DNA from: Prochlorococcus sp. AG-436-D21
GTDB taxonomy: Bacteria > Cyanobacteriota > Cyanobacteriia > PCC-6307 > Cyanobiaceae
Length of the DNA stretch: 64,000 nucleotides
Direction of reading: 5' to 3'
Assembly (NCBI GenBank): GCA_003212655.1
Contig: QCPF01000003.1
Coordinates: 4,952-68,951 of the forward strand
The position numbers and the translations under genes are program-made. Of the stretch, positions 18,825-29,359 are shown in pieces. The notes beneath the pieces are model-generated. The model had not been told where the DNA came from, searched no databases, and saw only the letters and a list, made by a program, of their open reading frames with translations. Numbering within the stretch: position 1 is the first letter of the stretch; every line of letters starts with the position of its first letter.

Positions 18825-18837
18825 TCAATAAAAACAA

Positions 18838-19020
18838 ATGCAAGAAAACTCATACGATTATAAATTCTGTATTAATTTGGCACTAGATAATGCAAAAAAA
18901 AGAATTAATTTATTAGATAATTTTGATAAAAAGTGTGTTTTAGAAGAATATAAAGAATGGATTAATGATGGTTTAAATAAGCATACGGTTTTACTACTAA
19001 GAGATGATCCGATCATCTAG
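18838..19020 (+). CDS. Small hypothetical protein
   Basis: 60-aa ORF with an EEYKEWI segment; follows the NtcA-like promoter. Confidence 0.7.
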   Translation: MQENSYDYKFCINLALDNAKKRINLLDNFDKKCVLEEYKEWINDGLNKHTVLLLRDDPII

Positions 19021-19038
19021 GAAAGATGTGAAATATTT

Positions 19039-19134
19039 TTAATTCTTTGTACTAGAAGTAACCCTAAATAAAAAATAAAGACTTACGATAAAAATTACTG
19101 ATAGAATAAAAGTTAATGATGAAAAACTATCCAT
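19039..19134 (-). CDS. Putative 31-aa TM microprotein MDSFSSLTFILSVIFIVSLYFLFRVTSSTKN
   Basis: Manual translation; single TM followed by a basic/polar tail. Confidence 0.5.
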   Translation of the reverse strand: MDSFSSLTFILSVIFIVSLYFLFRVTSSTKN

Positions 19135-19192
19135 ATCTATATTAATTAAAAATTCATTTAACTATAGCAGTTAACTTAATTAAGTCCTGCAT

Positions 19193-19321
19193 TTAGTTTT
19201 CTTTGAAAAGTGAAAGAATAAATTTATTCAAACTTTCTTTTTCTAAAAATATTTTTTTCTTCTTGTAGATCTTTAATTTCTTAAAAATTAAATCAACTAA
19301 GTTTTCTGATTTTGGAGTCAT
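19193..19321 (-). CDS. Putative 42-aa basic microprotein (MTPKSENLVDLIFKKLKIY...)
   Basis: Manual translation; starts 9 nt after the lipoprotein stop codon. Confidence 0.45.
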   Translation of the reverse strand: MTPKSENLVDLIFKKLKIYKKKKIFLEKESLNKFILSLFKEN

Positions 19322-19330
19322 ATATTAAAT

Positions 19331-19678
19331 TTATTTTTCCAATAAATAAGTTTTCTCTTCACCTATTTTATCTGGTTTTGTTATTTTACATCCTTTATCT
19401 TTTTCCATATTGCAATCTTTTGTGGCAGGAACAGATTTCCAGGTACAAATTTTTTCTTGGGATTCTTCTTTTAAAATATTCCATCCAACATCTAAGTATT
19501 CTGAGATACCATCCTCTCCACAAGAAAACTTTATTTCCATTCTTTTCTTTTCTGAATTAGGATTATCTTCAGTATTTTCCAAATTATTTGTGGGATACTC
19601 TTTATTAGTTGTTGTCCTGCAAGAAATTAAGGAAATTGCGATTAGAATTAAAATAGGAACTTGTGTTATTATTTTCAT
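19331..19678 (-). CDS. Predicted lipoprotein with four further Cys residues
   Basis: Lipobox-like LISC after a hydrophobic leader; FSCG, ICTWK, DCNMEKDKGC. Confidence 0.78.
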   Translation of the reverse strand: MKIITQVPILILIAISLISCRTTTNKEYPTNNLENTEDNPNSEKKRMEIKFSCGEDGISEYLDVGWNILKEESQEKICTWKSVPATKDCNMEKDKGCKITKPDKIGEEKTYLLEK

Positions 19679-19719
19679 TTTTTTAAATTTTGATGATTCT
19701 AAATTTTTTAAATTATAGT

Positions 19720-19896
19720 TTATTTTGATTCTATTAATTTTAATAGTTTATTCATTTTATCCATCAAGTCTTTTACATCCCCTGGGTTCGGTAATATTAA
19801 TTCTTCCGTAACTTCTAAATGCATTTTCTTTAAGTTTTGCCTCAAATCTTTTAATTGCATTTTTACGTTTTCTTTCTTTTGTTTTATATCAGTCAT
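19720..19896 (-). CDS. 58-aa helical microprotein, apparent paralogue of 18278..18475
   Basis: Manual translation MTDIKQKKENVKMQLKDLRQNLKKMHLEVTEELILPNPGDVKDLMDKMNKLLKLIESK; minus-strand TATAAT at 19935-19940. Confidence 0.75.
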   Translation of the reverse strand: MTDIKQKKENVKMQLKDLRQNLKKMHLEVTEELILPNPGDVKDLMDKMNKLLKLIESK

Positions 19897-19977
19897 AGGA
19901 ATAAAATTTAAACTTTATTAAACATAAAGTTACTATTATAATATTGAGATGCTTACTTATAGAGAATAATTCAAAAT

Positions 19978-20415
19978 TTAATTTTTTAAATTTTCTATTT
20001 CATAGATTTCTTCGCCACCATAACAGAAATTTGTAGATAACATTTTAATCTCCTTATTGTTGATTCCAATAGTATTTTTATTTTTAATAATATAATTTTT
20101 AGCACTCGCTTCACAATCTAATTTATTTTTTGCATGTTTAATAACTGGATAAAAATATGCCAATGTAGTAATTACAAACAAAAATATTATTATTGATTTT
20201 TTTTCATTTTTAATAAATTCTTTAGATGTTTTTTTGGCTTTTAATATTTTTATTAGTAATTTATCTGGTAATCCTACTTGAACGAATAACAACTCTACCC
20301 ACCAAGGAAGACCCTTATCTTTCTTTTTCTTTGCGTTTTCGTAATTTTTCATTTTATTGGCTTCATGAATTTGGCTTCTAACCTCCTTAGGATTGGTTGT
20401 TTCTTTTTTACTCAT
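19978..20415 (-). CDS. Hypothetical membrane protein
   Basis: LPWWVELLFVQVGLPD motif; TM segment; two Cys residues. Confidence 0.75.
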   Translation of the reverse strand: MSKKETTNPKEVRSQIHEANKMKNYENAKKKKDKGLPWWVELLFVQVGLPDKLLIKILKAKKTSKEFIKNEKKSIIIFLFVITTLAYFYPVIKHAKNKLDCEASAKNYIIKNKNTIGINNKEIKMLSTNFCYGGEEIYEIENLKN

Positions 20416-20543
20416 ATCATCGAATGATTTATTTGGAATGTAGAGGTTTTATTTTGATTTGGAAACTATATTTTTATTTTATAAGTTTTAATTTAATTTA
20501 ACTATGAATTTGAGTATTGTTAATTTGAAGTTAAAATTTTTAA

Positions 20544-20813
20544 ATGGGAAAAAAAAGAAGGAAGTTAAATAAAGATTTTGAGAGAAAAATATATTCATCA
20601 AAAAAAAATGTCGAGTTAGTATTGGCAAAAATCTATGATATCGATGATGAAGATATACAAAAAGAATATATGAGTGCTTTTAACAGAGTTGTTTACTTAT
20701 ATGATGAATTAAAAGAAGATTATGAACGACAAGGATTTTCAGACAATTCAGAAGAACTTCTCACAAACTATAAAAATGCTTTTAATCTTTTCGAATCAGA
20801 ATTTGAAATTTAA
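20544..20813 (+). CDS. Hypothetical helical protein
   Basis: 89-aa ORF; basic N-terminus, acidic C-terminus. Confidence 0.75.
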   Translation: MGKKRRKLNKDFERKIYSSKKNVELVLAKIYDIDDEDIQKEYMSAFNRVVYLYDELKEDYERQGFSDNSEELLTNYKNAFNLFESEFEI

Positions 20814-20826
20814 CCTCAATTTCTAA

Positions 20827-21033
20827 TTAACGTTTGTAAGGTTTTACGGGTATTTCAATAAACTTTCCTTTTTGGAGATCAGATCTCTTCTTTTGTAAAT
20901 TTTCTATACATGACAAAACACTTCTCTCCTTTTTGCAAAATTTTTTTATTTGGTAGTCAGTAAGTGAGAATGATTTATTACTAAAGGAAAAGAAGGCCAA
21001 TAAAAACATAGATAAATTTATTAAAAACTTCAT
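20827..21033 (-). CDS. Small secreted hypothetical protein
   Basis: Signal peptide; two Cys residues; C-terminal IEIPVKPYKR. Confidence 0.7.
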   Translation of the reverse strand: MKFLINLSMFLLAFFSFSNKSFSLTDYQIKKFCKKERSVLSCIENLQKKRSDLQKGKFIEIPVKPYKR

Positions 21034-21075
21034 TACTTTTTTCCTTACTAATTTTTCTAATTCTCTTTTATTTAA

Positions 21076-21354
21076 TTAATTTTTATTATAAATATCTATA
21101 ATTTGTTTTAATTCATCTTTACTTAATTCTGTTGAAATAAAAACTTCTTGGGCTGTTTTACCCTTTCTTGCTATTGCTTTATATCCGTTTATAGTTTTTA
21201 CTGACAATCTAATTATTAATTTAGATGATCTTCCCCTGGCTCTTGAAATAGCAGCTGGAGTTATTGTCTTGATATTAATATCCAGTGCTAACTTTTGGAG
21301 TATTGGTATTAGACCTTCTATATTTGTACTATGATTTAATACTAACCTTCCCAA
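21076..21354 (-). CDS. DUF2103-family protein
   Basis: GRLVLNHSTNIEGLIPIL and ARKGKTAQEVFI motifs. Confidence 0.8.
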   Translation of the reverse strand: MGRLVLNHSTNIEGLIPILQKLALDINIKTITPAAISRARGRSSKLIIRLSVKTINGYKAIARKGKTAQEVFISTELSKDELKQIIDIYNKN

Positions 21355-21469
21355 TTTAAGTTTAAGATTATTCTATTGAGAAAATTTTGTTTCTGAGAAA
21401 TTAACTTTAGCATTAAAATGATTAAAAATTTTGAAGTTCTGTTATATTTATTAAAGCTATTTAAATCTA

Positions 21470-21571
21470 ATGATCTTTCAAATAGGTTGGGCAGCATTGG
21501 CTGCAATCTTTACCTTTTCTATTGCCATGGTTGTTTGGGGAAGAAATGGTGACGGATCAATTGATATATGA
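21470..21571 (+). CDS. petN: Cytochrome b6f subunit VIII
   Basis: Manual translation [33 protein letters not shown]. Confidence 0.95.
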
Positions 21572-21708
21572 TTTCATTTTTAAGTTATGAAGACTTTTTA
21601 AGTAAATTTCTTATCTTAACTTCATTCGTTTTACTCATATTCATAACTTTTGCTGTAATTTATATATCTTATGTCTCTTGGAAAGATAAAAAAAGATTAA
21701 AAAAATAG
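21568..21708 (+). CDS. 46-aa single-TM protein translationally coupled to petN
   Basis: ATGA overlap with the petN stop; TM followed by [15 protein letters not shown]. Confidence 0.72.
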
Positions 21709-21711
21709 ATA

Positions 21712-22320
21712 TTATTTTTGGTCTTTATTCTTATCCTTAATTCTGAGCTCTTCAATTAATTCTTTTGCTTGTTCCAATTTAGATATGCTGCTTTTGTATA
21801 TCCCAATGTCTTTTTCTGCTTTATTAGCAGATAAGTTTAATTTTTCAAAAATTTCGGAGATTAACTTATTTTCATTTGTTTCATTTTTATTTTTAAGATC
21901 TTGGGAGTTTGAAATTAATATATAAATCCCTAAGTTCAAAATCCTTGAGGGATAAAGTTTAGAATTGCTTTTTTCTATTAATAATTTCAAAATATCTTTA
22001 GATGTTTTATCGTTGAATTCCTTTTGAGATTTTTGAGATATTTCATTAATTTCCTTCGCCTCAAAATTTGTAGAACTGCATAAAGATTCAAAAAGTAGAT
22101 CCAAGTGTTTTTCAGGTTGATATCCCTTCATTAATTCTTTGAATGTTTCGGTGAGGCCGATACAAAAGAGGTAATCTTGCGTAAATTCATTTTGATGGTT
22201 TAGAAGATTAAGTTCGACAAGCATTTCATCAACTATTCTTTTATATAAACCAGGAATGACGTAAGGGAATTTTTCATGAAATACCTTTTTGCTATCTGAA
22301 ACAGTCAGTTTTTCTTTCAA
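21712..22320 (-). CDS. psb29: Photosystem II biogenesis protein Psb29/THF1 (TTG at 22320 preferred)
   Basis: TVSDSKKVFHEKFPYVIPGLYKRIVDEMLVELNLL and AEKDIGIYKS motifs. Confidence 0.9.
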   Translation of the reverse strand: MKEKLTVSDSKKVFHEKFPYVIPGLYKRIVDEMLVELNLLNHQNEFTQDYLFCIGLTETFKELMKGYQPEKHLDLLFESLCSSTNFEAKEINEISQKSQKEFNDKTSKDILKLLIEKSNSKLYPSRILNLGIYILISNSQDLKNKNETNENKLISEIFEKLNLSANKAEKDIGIYKSSISKLEQAKELIEELRIKDKNKDQK

Positions 22321-22400
22321 TTTTTTATATGTAAACCTTAATAAGGTTAGCGTATGTTGACTCAATATCGTTAATATCTAATAAACAGATAAATATTATT

Positions 22401-22988
22401 ATGATCCCCTTAGTTTTAGAAGAATCTGGCGGTAGTGAAAGAGTCTTTGACATTTATTCGAGACTATTAAGAGAGAGAATAATCTTTTTGGGTGAACAAG
22501 TTACTAGTGAAACTGCTAATAGAATAGTTGCTCAATTATTGTTTCTTGAAGCAGAGGATCCAGAAAAGGATATTTATATGTACATAAATTCACCAGGTGG
22601 ATCCGTATATGATGGATTGGGTATCTTTGACACAATGCAGCATGTAAAGCCTGATATTCATACAGTTTGTGTAGGCCTTGCAGCTAGTATGGGAGCTTTT
22701 TTGCTTGCGGCAGGTACTAAAGGTAAAAGAAGCAGCCTTAGACATTCAAGAATAATGATTCATCAACCACTCGGTGGTGCTAGAGGACAAGCCAGTGATA
22801 TAAGAATTCAAGCAGATGAAATTCTGTTCTTAAAAGAACGACTTAATACTGAACTGTCAGAGCGTACTGGAAAGGATTATGACACTATCAAAGAAGATAC
22901 TGATAGAGATTTCTACATGTCACCAAACGAAGCTGTTGAGTATGGATTGATTGATCTCGTACTAGATAAGAAACCTATTAAAGTTTAA
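22401..22988 (+). CDS. clpP: ATP-dependent Clp protease proteolytic subunit
   Basis: [28 protein letters not shown] and IMIHQP motifs. Confidence 0.97.
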   Translation: MIPLVLEESGGSERVFDIYSRLLRERIIFLGEQVTSETANRIVAQLLFLEAEDPEKDIYMYINSPGGSVYDGLGIFDTMQHVKPDIHTVCVGLAASMGAFLLAAGTKGKRSSLRHSRIMIHQPLGGARGQASDIRIQADEILFLKERLNTELSERTGKDYDTIKEDTDRDFYMSPNEAVEYGLIDLVLDKKPIKV

Positions 22989-24898
22989 TTTAATAATTGA
23001 GGAATCCTTTCTTTCTCTGGAATTTTGGTGAATTTGGAGAGGATACTTACAAATTCATCACCATCTAACGTTTCTTTTTCTATTAATAGATCAACTATCT
23101 TATCCATAGCTTCTCTATTTTTGCTTACTATATCGTAAGTTTCTTTATAACACTCTTTTACCATTACTCTTACACTTTCATCTATTTGTTTAGAGATTGA
23201 ATCAGAAACTTCACTTCTAGTCATTAAATCTCTACCAACAAAAACTTCTTGATTACCACTTTCTAAAGCTATCGGACCTAGATTACTCATCCCAAATCTG
23301 GTAACCATTTGGCGTGCCATTGAAGCAACTTGTTGGAAATCACCTCCCGCTCCGGTCGTAATCTCTCCTTCTCCAAAAACTACATCTTCAGCGGCTCTAC
23401 CACCTAGAGCACCCATTATTCTCGCTTTTAGTTGAGCCCTGCTAATGAGGGTTTGTTCATCGTCTGGGGTAAACCAAGTTAATCCTTTAGCCTGGCCTCT
23501 TGGAATGACGGTCACTTTTTGTACTGGATCATGTGCTTTTACAAGTGAACCTATAAGAGCATGGCCAACTTCGTGATAAGCAATTAATCTCTTACTTCGT
23601 CCATCTGTTAACGGAGAACCTTCCATTCCTGCGACAATCCTATCTACAGAGTCATCAATTTCTGAAATACTAATAGAATCTTTTCTCCTCCTTGCGGTTA
23701 ATATGGCAGCCTCATTTAATAAATTTGCTAAATCTGCTCCAGTAAACCCCGGTGTTCTTCTCGCAATGCTTTCTAGTGTTAAATCATCTTGAAGTTTCTT
23801 ATTTCTTGCATGAACTTCCAATATTGAAAGTCTGCCCTTAATGTCAGGTGCGTCGACAGTTACTTGTCTATCAAATCTGCCGGGTCTCATTAGAGCTGAA
23901 TCTAGAACATCGGGCCTGTTTGTGGCTGCAATTATTATTATCCCACTATTACCTTCGAAGCCATCCATTTCAGTAAGTAATTGGTTGAGAGTTTGTTCTC
24001 TCTCATCATTGCCTCCACCAATTCCTGCACCTCTTTGCCTTCCGACGGCATCGATTTCATCAATAAAAATTAAACAAGGACTATTTTCTTTAGCTCTTTT
24101 GAATAAGTCTCTAACTCTGCTAGCACCAACACCAACAAACATCTCAACAAATTCAGAACCTGATAATGAGAAGAATGGTACACCAGCTTCACCTGCAATT
24201 GCTTTAGCTAAAAGGGTTTTACCAGTGCCAGGAGGTCCTACCAATAAAACCCCTTTGGGAATTCTTGCTCCTACAGAGGTAAATTTTTCTGGTTTTTTCA
24301 GAAAAGTGACAACTTCTTGCAAATCCTGTTTAGCTTCATTAACGCCTGCAACGTCATCGAATACAACCCCTGTTTCAGCTTCCATTGCAAATCTTGCTTT
24401 AGTTTTCCCAAACTGCATTGCTTGACCAGGACCTCCAGGCATACCATTTGACCTCCTCGCTAACAAAATTAAACCTCCAATTAAAATAGCCGGGAAGAGT
24501 AAATTACCTAAAATTCCTAATGCAGGAGGAGCTGTTTTTATTGGATGAACATCAAAACTAATTCCCTCATTTTTTAAAATATTTATAAGTTCTGGTGTTA
24601 AGCCGGGAAGATCTACACGCAACCTTTGAACTTTATTATCTAAATCCGAATCTATTGTCTCTATAACTGCATTTCTGCCTCCCTCAAAAATATCAACAGA
24701 TGTAACTCTTCCCGAATTAATGTAATCTAAGAATCTACCGTAACTAACTCTAGCTACCGCTGAATTTCTTGGTGCAACAGTAGTGCCATTAGATTTAAGC
24801 GAATCAACGTTGCTTGAAGATAAAAATTGGTAGGAAAGTGCTATTACTAAAAGTATAGGTAAAGCCCATAAAATTAATGTTTTAAATTTTTGATTCAT
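22985..24898 (-). CDS. ftsH: ATP-dependent zinc metalloprotease FtsH (thylakoid type)
   Basis: [18 protein letters not shown], second region of homology and HEVGH motifs; SYGRFLDY lumenal domain; ATG at 24898. Confidence 0.97.
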   Translation of the reverse strand: MNQKFKTLILWALPILLVIALSYQFLSSSNVDSLKSNGTTVAPRNSAVARVSYGRFLDYINSGRVTSVDIFEGGRNAVIETIDSDLDNKVQRLRVDLPGLTPELINILKNEGISFDVHPIKTAPPALGILGNLLFPAILIGGLILLARRSNGMPGGPGQAMQFGKTKARFAMEAETGVVFDDVAGVNEAKQDLQEVVTFLKKPEKFTSVGARIPKGVLLVGPPGTGKTLLAKAIAGEAGVPFFSLSGSEFVEMFVGVGASRVRDLFKRAKENSPCLIFIDEIDAVGRQRGAGIGGGNDEREQTLNQLLTEMDGFEGNSGIIIIAATNRPDVLDSALMRPGRFDRQVTVDAPDIKGRLSILEVHARNKKLQDDLTLESIARRTPGFTGADLANLLNEAAILTARRRKDSISISEIDDSVDRIVAGMEGSPLTDGRSKRLIAYHEVGHALIGSLVKAHDPVQKVTVIPRGQAKGLTWFTPDDEQTLISRAQLKARIMGALGGRAAEDVVFGEGEITTGAGGDFQQVASMARQMVTRFGMSNLGPIALESGNQEVFVGRDLMTRSEVSDSISKQIDESVRVMVKECYKETYDIVSKNREAMDKIVDLLIEKETLDGDEFVSILSKFTKIPEKERIPQLLN

Positions 24899-25005
24899 TA
24901 ATTTGTAGAAAGTCAATTCTAGGATTCTAGAATGAATCAGTGCTTTTCGTTGATATTTTCTCTAATTTTATGCTTATACTACCTTCTAGTGTATCTAATT
25001 TATGA

Positions 25006-25215
25006 ATGAAATTTGAGATCAACGATAAGGTTAAGTTGATTGCGCCAGTCTCTTACTTAAAGACTTCAGATAATATGCCGATGTTAAGACCACCTGATCT
25101 AGTGGCAATTGATGAAATTGGGGAAATCCTTTCAATTAAATCCCCAGATACTGTTGAAGTAAAGTTTAGGAGAGGTTCGTTTTTAATAGATATTGATAAG
25201 ATTGAGAAAAACTAA
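25006..25215 (+). CDS. sipA: NblS/Hik33-interacting protein SipA (DUF3148)
   Basis: YLKTSDNMPMLRPPDLV and VKFRRGSFLID motifs. Confidence 0.82.
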   Translation: MKFEINDKVKLIAPVSYLKTSDNMPMLRPPDLVAIDEIGEILSIKSPDTVEVKFRRGSFLIDIDKIEKN

Positions 25216-25216
25216 T

Positions 25217-26434
25217 CTAAAAGTTTTTCTTCCACCTACTAGAAATTTCTAAACATATATTTTTATTTCCAGAAATACTCAGAAAAGGTTTTGAAAAATA
25301 CTTATTAGTTAATTTCAAGATATCTAACGAAGAAATTTCCTCTATTTTTGAATTTAAATCGTTCTCAGAAATTGGTGAAATACCATAACTAACTAACTGT
25401 ATCTTTCTCTGTAAAATTTCATCTAGTGACTGATTTCCTAATAAAAAAGAACCTTTTAGTTTTTCTTTTGATAAAAATATTTCAGCATCAGTCAACGGAT
25501 TTAAAAGTAAATTTTTCCAAAGTGTTGATAAAAGTTCAAAAGCAAAAAGTGCTTGATCGTTAGATACGGATAAAAAAATTAAAAATGGAGCATTTCCACT
25601 CCTGATAGGATAATAAACACCTAAATCATAAGTGATACCATGTTTTTCTCTAAAAAGTTTAAATAAAGCAGCGCTCATTCCATAAGATAAATATGACTCC
25701 AAAACCTTAAGAGGAAAATATTCACTACTTCTTCGCGAGCAAGTTTGGTTCCCCATCATTATTATTGTTTGATTTGAATCATTATTAATGTAATCAAATC
25801 TATTCGTACTATTTAAATTTTGATTAAAAGGATCTGATTTTTCTTTTAAGATTTTTTTTTCAAGTGTTCCAAAATTTTCTCCATTTATTTCGGGATTATT
25901 TGAAATTAAATACTTTTCTCTATTTTTTAGATTTTCAAACTCAAGCAAAACATCTTCAGAGGTAATCTTTGAGACATCATTAGCATTACCTATTGTGTTG
26001 AAGGCATAAGGATGATTTGTGTAAACAATTTTTCTCCATTTTTCAAAACAGATATTGAATGGATTCTCTTTATCTTTTTTAATGTGATCAATAGAAGATT
26101 TTTTTACTTTTTTAAATTCAGTTTCCGAGAGGATTGGCTTATTAATTATTAAGTCTAATAAAGGGAATAATTTACTGAAATGTTCATTTAGGGATTTAAT
26201 ACTTATTGAAATACCATCTTCAAATATTTCTTGATTTAATTCTGCTCCATAGGACTCAATATATTCAGAGAGAGTGAAATTGTTAAAACCTTCACATCCT
26301 CTGGTAAGTAATGAACTGAGGATCTTGTTTATCCCTTTTTTGCCAGTACTATCCATATCACTCCCCCCTTTAATCCAAATTAAAGCAGTTGAAAAATTTC
26401 TTTTTTTATTATTTAAAAAATATCTTTTTAACAT
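25217..26434 (-). CDS. M16 peptidase family protein, non-catalytic subunit
   Basis: M16 fold but no HxxEH; LFREKHGITY motif; overlaps the upstream M16 gene. Confidence 0.85.
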   Translation of the reverse strand: MLKRYFLNNKKRNFSTALIWIKGGSDMDSTGKKGINKILSSLLTRGCEGFNNFTLSEYIESYGAELNQEIFEDGISISIKSLNEHFSKLFPLLDLIINKPILSETEFKKVKKSSIDHIKKDKENPFNICFEKWRKIVYTNHPYAFNTIGNANDVSKITSEDVLLEFENLKNREKYLISNNPEINGENFGTLEKKILKEKSDPFNQNLNSTNRFDYINNDSNQTIIMMGNQTCSRRSSEYFPLKVLESYLSYGMSAALFKLFREKHGITYDLGVYYPIRSGNAPFLIFLSVSNDQALFAFELLSTLWKNLLLNPLTDAEIFLSKEKLKGSFLLGNQSLDEILQRKIQLVSYGISPISENDLNSKIEEISSLDILKLTNKYFSKPFLSISGNKNICLEISSRWKKNF

Positions 26435-27678
26435 TTACCAGGGGATGCAACTAATGTAAATTTCTCTCCACGGATATATTCTGTGATCTCTTTGAAGTTA
26501 TCCAAGTTATTCCAATATCTTAAATGACTCTCTAAATTATTTATTGAAGATTTTCTCCCCCAAAGAAGTTCATTTCCAAAGAATGAAGAGAGTTGTGTAG
26601 ATGTCTCTAAATTAAAGATATAATTACTTTTAACAATATTTATTGCTTTTTTTATTTCATCCAAAGCCAAGACTTTACCATTTGAGATCTCATCAATTGT
26701 TTTGTTAATTTGCTTTTCTACTAAATCAATATCTTTGGATTCACAACTTGCTTCCATTATAAATAATCCTCCTAGTTCTCCAGCATTTACATCTACATAT
26801 ACCGATTCAATAAGATTACTATCTTCTTTTAAGATTTTAACTAATCTGCTGTTTCTTCCAACAGAGAGTATGGATGCTAATATCTCAAGTCCAATAATAT
26901 TTTTTTGATCATTTAGGTTTGGGATAAACCAAGCCATAAATATTCTTGAAAACTCTAAATTATCAAACTTAACTGACTCTCTACCATTCCTTATTTTTAA
27001 AGAAGGTTTATTTTTTTGATTTATTAAATTTGGACTTTCTTTTATGCCAGATAGATCACTTTTTTCAAAAATTTTATAAATTTCTTCGGAGAGATTCCCC
27101 GCAATTGCAATACAAATTTTTTCGGTAGTGTAATGTTTGCTATGAAATTTCACAAGGTCATTTATTTCTAAGTTTTTAATACTATGTTCATTTCCTAAGA
27201 TTGAATTGGCATAATTAGGACTTAACCAAACCCTTTCCAAAAAATAATTAAATAGTCTTTCTTCAGGCTGATCATTTTGTTGTTTTATTTCATCAATAAC
27301 TACCCCTTTTTCTTTTATAAATTCATCAGGATTAAAATCTGGAGCAACGACAATATTTGTCAAAAGAGCAAGTGATTCTCTAAAGTTATTGGGTGGAACT
27401 AAGACATGGTAATGTACATCATCATAACCAGTTGAAGCGTTACTTACTCCGCCTAGTGATTCAATTTTATGGTCAAACTCACCTGGCATTATTTTGTTAG
27501 ATCCTTTAAAAATCATATGTTCTAGAAAATGAGCAGTGCCATTTTTATCAACATCCTCAAATGAAGAACCTGCTTTGCACCAAATATCAATGCTTATAAG
27601 TGGTAATTCTTTATTGTCCACAAACACACATCTAGTTTTGCTTGAATGGGTGTAGTATTTAACATCTCCTACTTTCAT
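26428..27678 (-). CDS. M16 family zinc peptidase, catalytic subunit
   Basis: GTAHFLEHMIFKG, NASTGYD and EKGVVIDEI motifs. Confidence 0.92.
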   Translation of the reverse strand: MKVGDVKYYTHSSKTRCVFVDNKELPLISIDIWCKAGSSFEDVDKNGTAHFLEHMIFKGSNKIMPGEFDHKIESLGGVSNASTGYDDVHYHVLVPPNNFRESLALLTNIVVAPDFNPDEFIKEKGVVIDEIKQQNDQPEERLFNYFLERVWLSPNYANSILGNEHSIKNLEINDLVKFHSKHYTTEKICIAIAGNLSEEIYKIFEKSDLSGIKESPNLINQKNKPSLKIRNGRESVKFDNLEFSRIFMAWFIPNLNDQKNIIGLEILASILSVGRNSRLVKILKEDSNLIESVYVDVNAGELGGLFIMEASCESKDIDLVEKQINKTIDEISNGKVLALDEIKKAINIVKSNYIFNLETSTQLSSFFGNELLWGRKSSINNLESHLRYWNNLDNFKEITEYIRGEKFTLVASPGKC

Positions 27679-27695
27679 TTCGGTTCTCTATTTAA

Positions 27696-28444
<749 letters not shown>

Positions 28445-28445
<1 letters not shown>

Positions 28446-29359
28446 TGAAATTAAAAATATTAAAAAATTTATTTATTTATTTATTATTGTTTTCACCAAT
28501 ATATCTTGGGGTTACTTCCTGTTCTGGAAATAATAAATCTAGTTCAAAACTTAAAGAGGAAATAACTTCAGATTTCATACCTCCTATTACAGCTGTCGCC
28601 GCACTAGGTCAACTTTCTCCTTCTGGAGAGATTAGGCAATTGGCAGCTCCAATAAGTCAGTTTGGTTCTTCCCCCCGGATTGTCGAAATTTTAGTAAAAG
28701 AAGGAGATTTTGTAAAAAAAGGTGATATCCTGGCAATCTTTGAAAATGAAGAAAAATTAATTGCTGATCTTGAAAGAAGTGAAAATCTAATTAAGACCAT
28801 TAAAGAAGAAATTACCCTTAAGAAAGATCAAATTCAAAGGTATGAGTTGGCTTTGAGCAAAGATGCTTATTCTTTTGTAGAGTTTTCACAAAGAAAAGAT
28901 GAATTATTAAAATTGCAAAAACAAAAAATAAACCTTATCGGAGATCAAAAAAATATCAAGATAGATCTATTTAATTCAAAACTAAGGAGTCCAATTGATG
29001 GTTTTATTCTTGGAATAAATAAGAGAGTTGGTGAGAGGTCACAAAATGAAGGGATTTTGGATATTGGTTCTAGTCAAAAAATGGAAGCTCTGATAGAGGT
29101 TTATGAATCTGATATCGATAGAGTCTTTATCTCTCAGAATGTTGAATTGAGCAGTGAGAATGGCGGATTCCAAAAAAAGCTCAAGGGAAAGGTGATTAGG
29201 ATTAGTCCTCAGGTAAAACAAAGAAAAGTTTTATCGACTGATCCAACCGGGGATGCTGATTCGCGAATTATCGAGGTACTAGTAAAACTGGATCAAGATT
29301 CTATAGATATCGTTCAAAACTATGCAGGAATGAAAGTGATTGCAAAATTTATTCCCTAA
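28445..29359 (+). CDS. devB: DevB-type membrane fusion protein of an ABC exporter
   Basis: VAALGQLSP, EVYESDI and DPTGDADSRIIEV motifs. Confidence 0.8.

Noticed and set aside
17000-21400. Small-ORF cluster as a prophage or integrative element
   Set aside because: No integrase, tRNA attachment site, terminal repeats or structural genes; mixed gene orientation
23841-24425. 194-aa ORF on the plus strand
   Set aside because: Lies wholly antisense to the conserved AAA domain of ftsH; a typical shadow ORF with no motif
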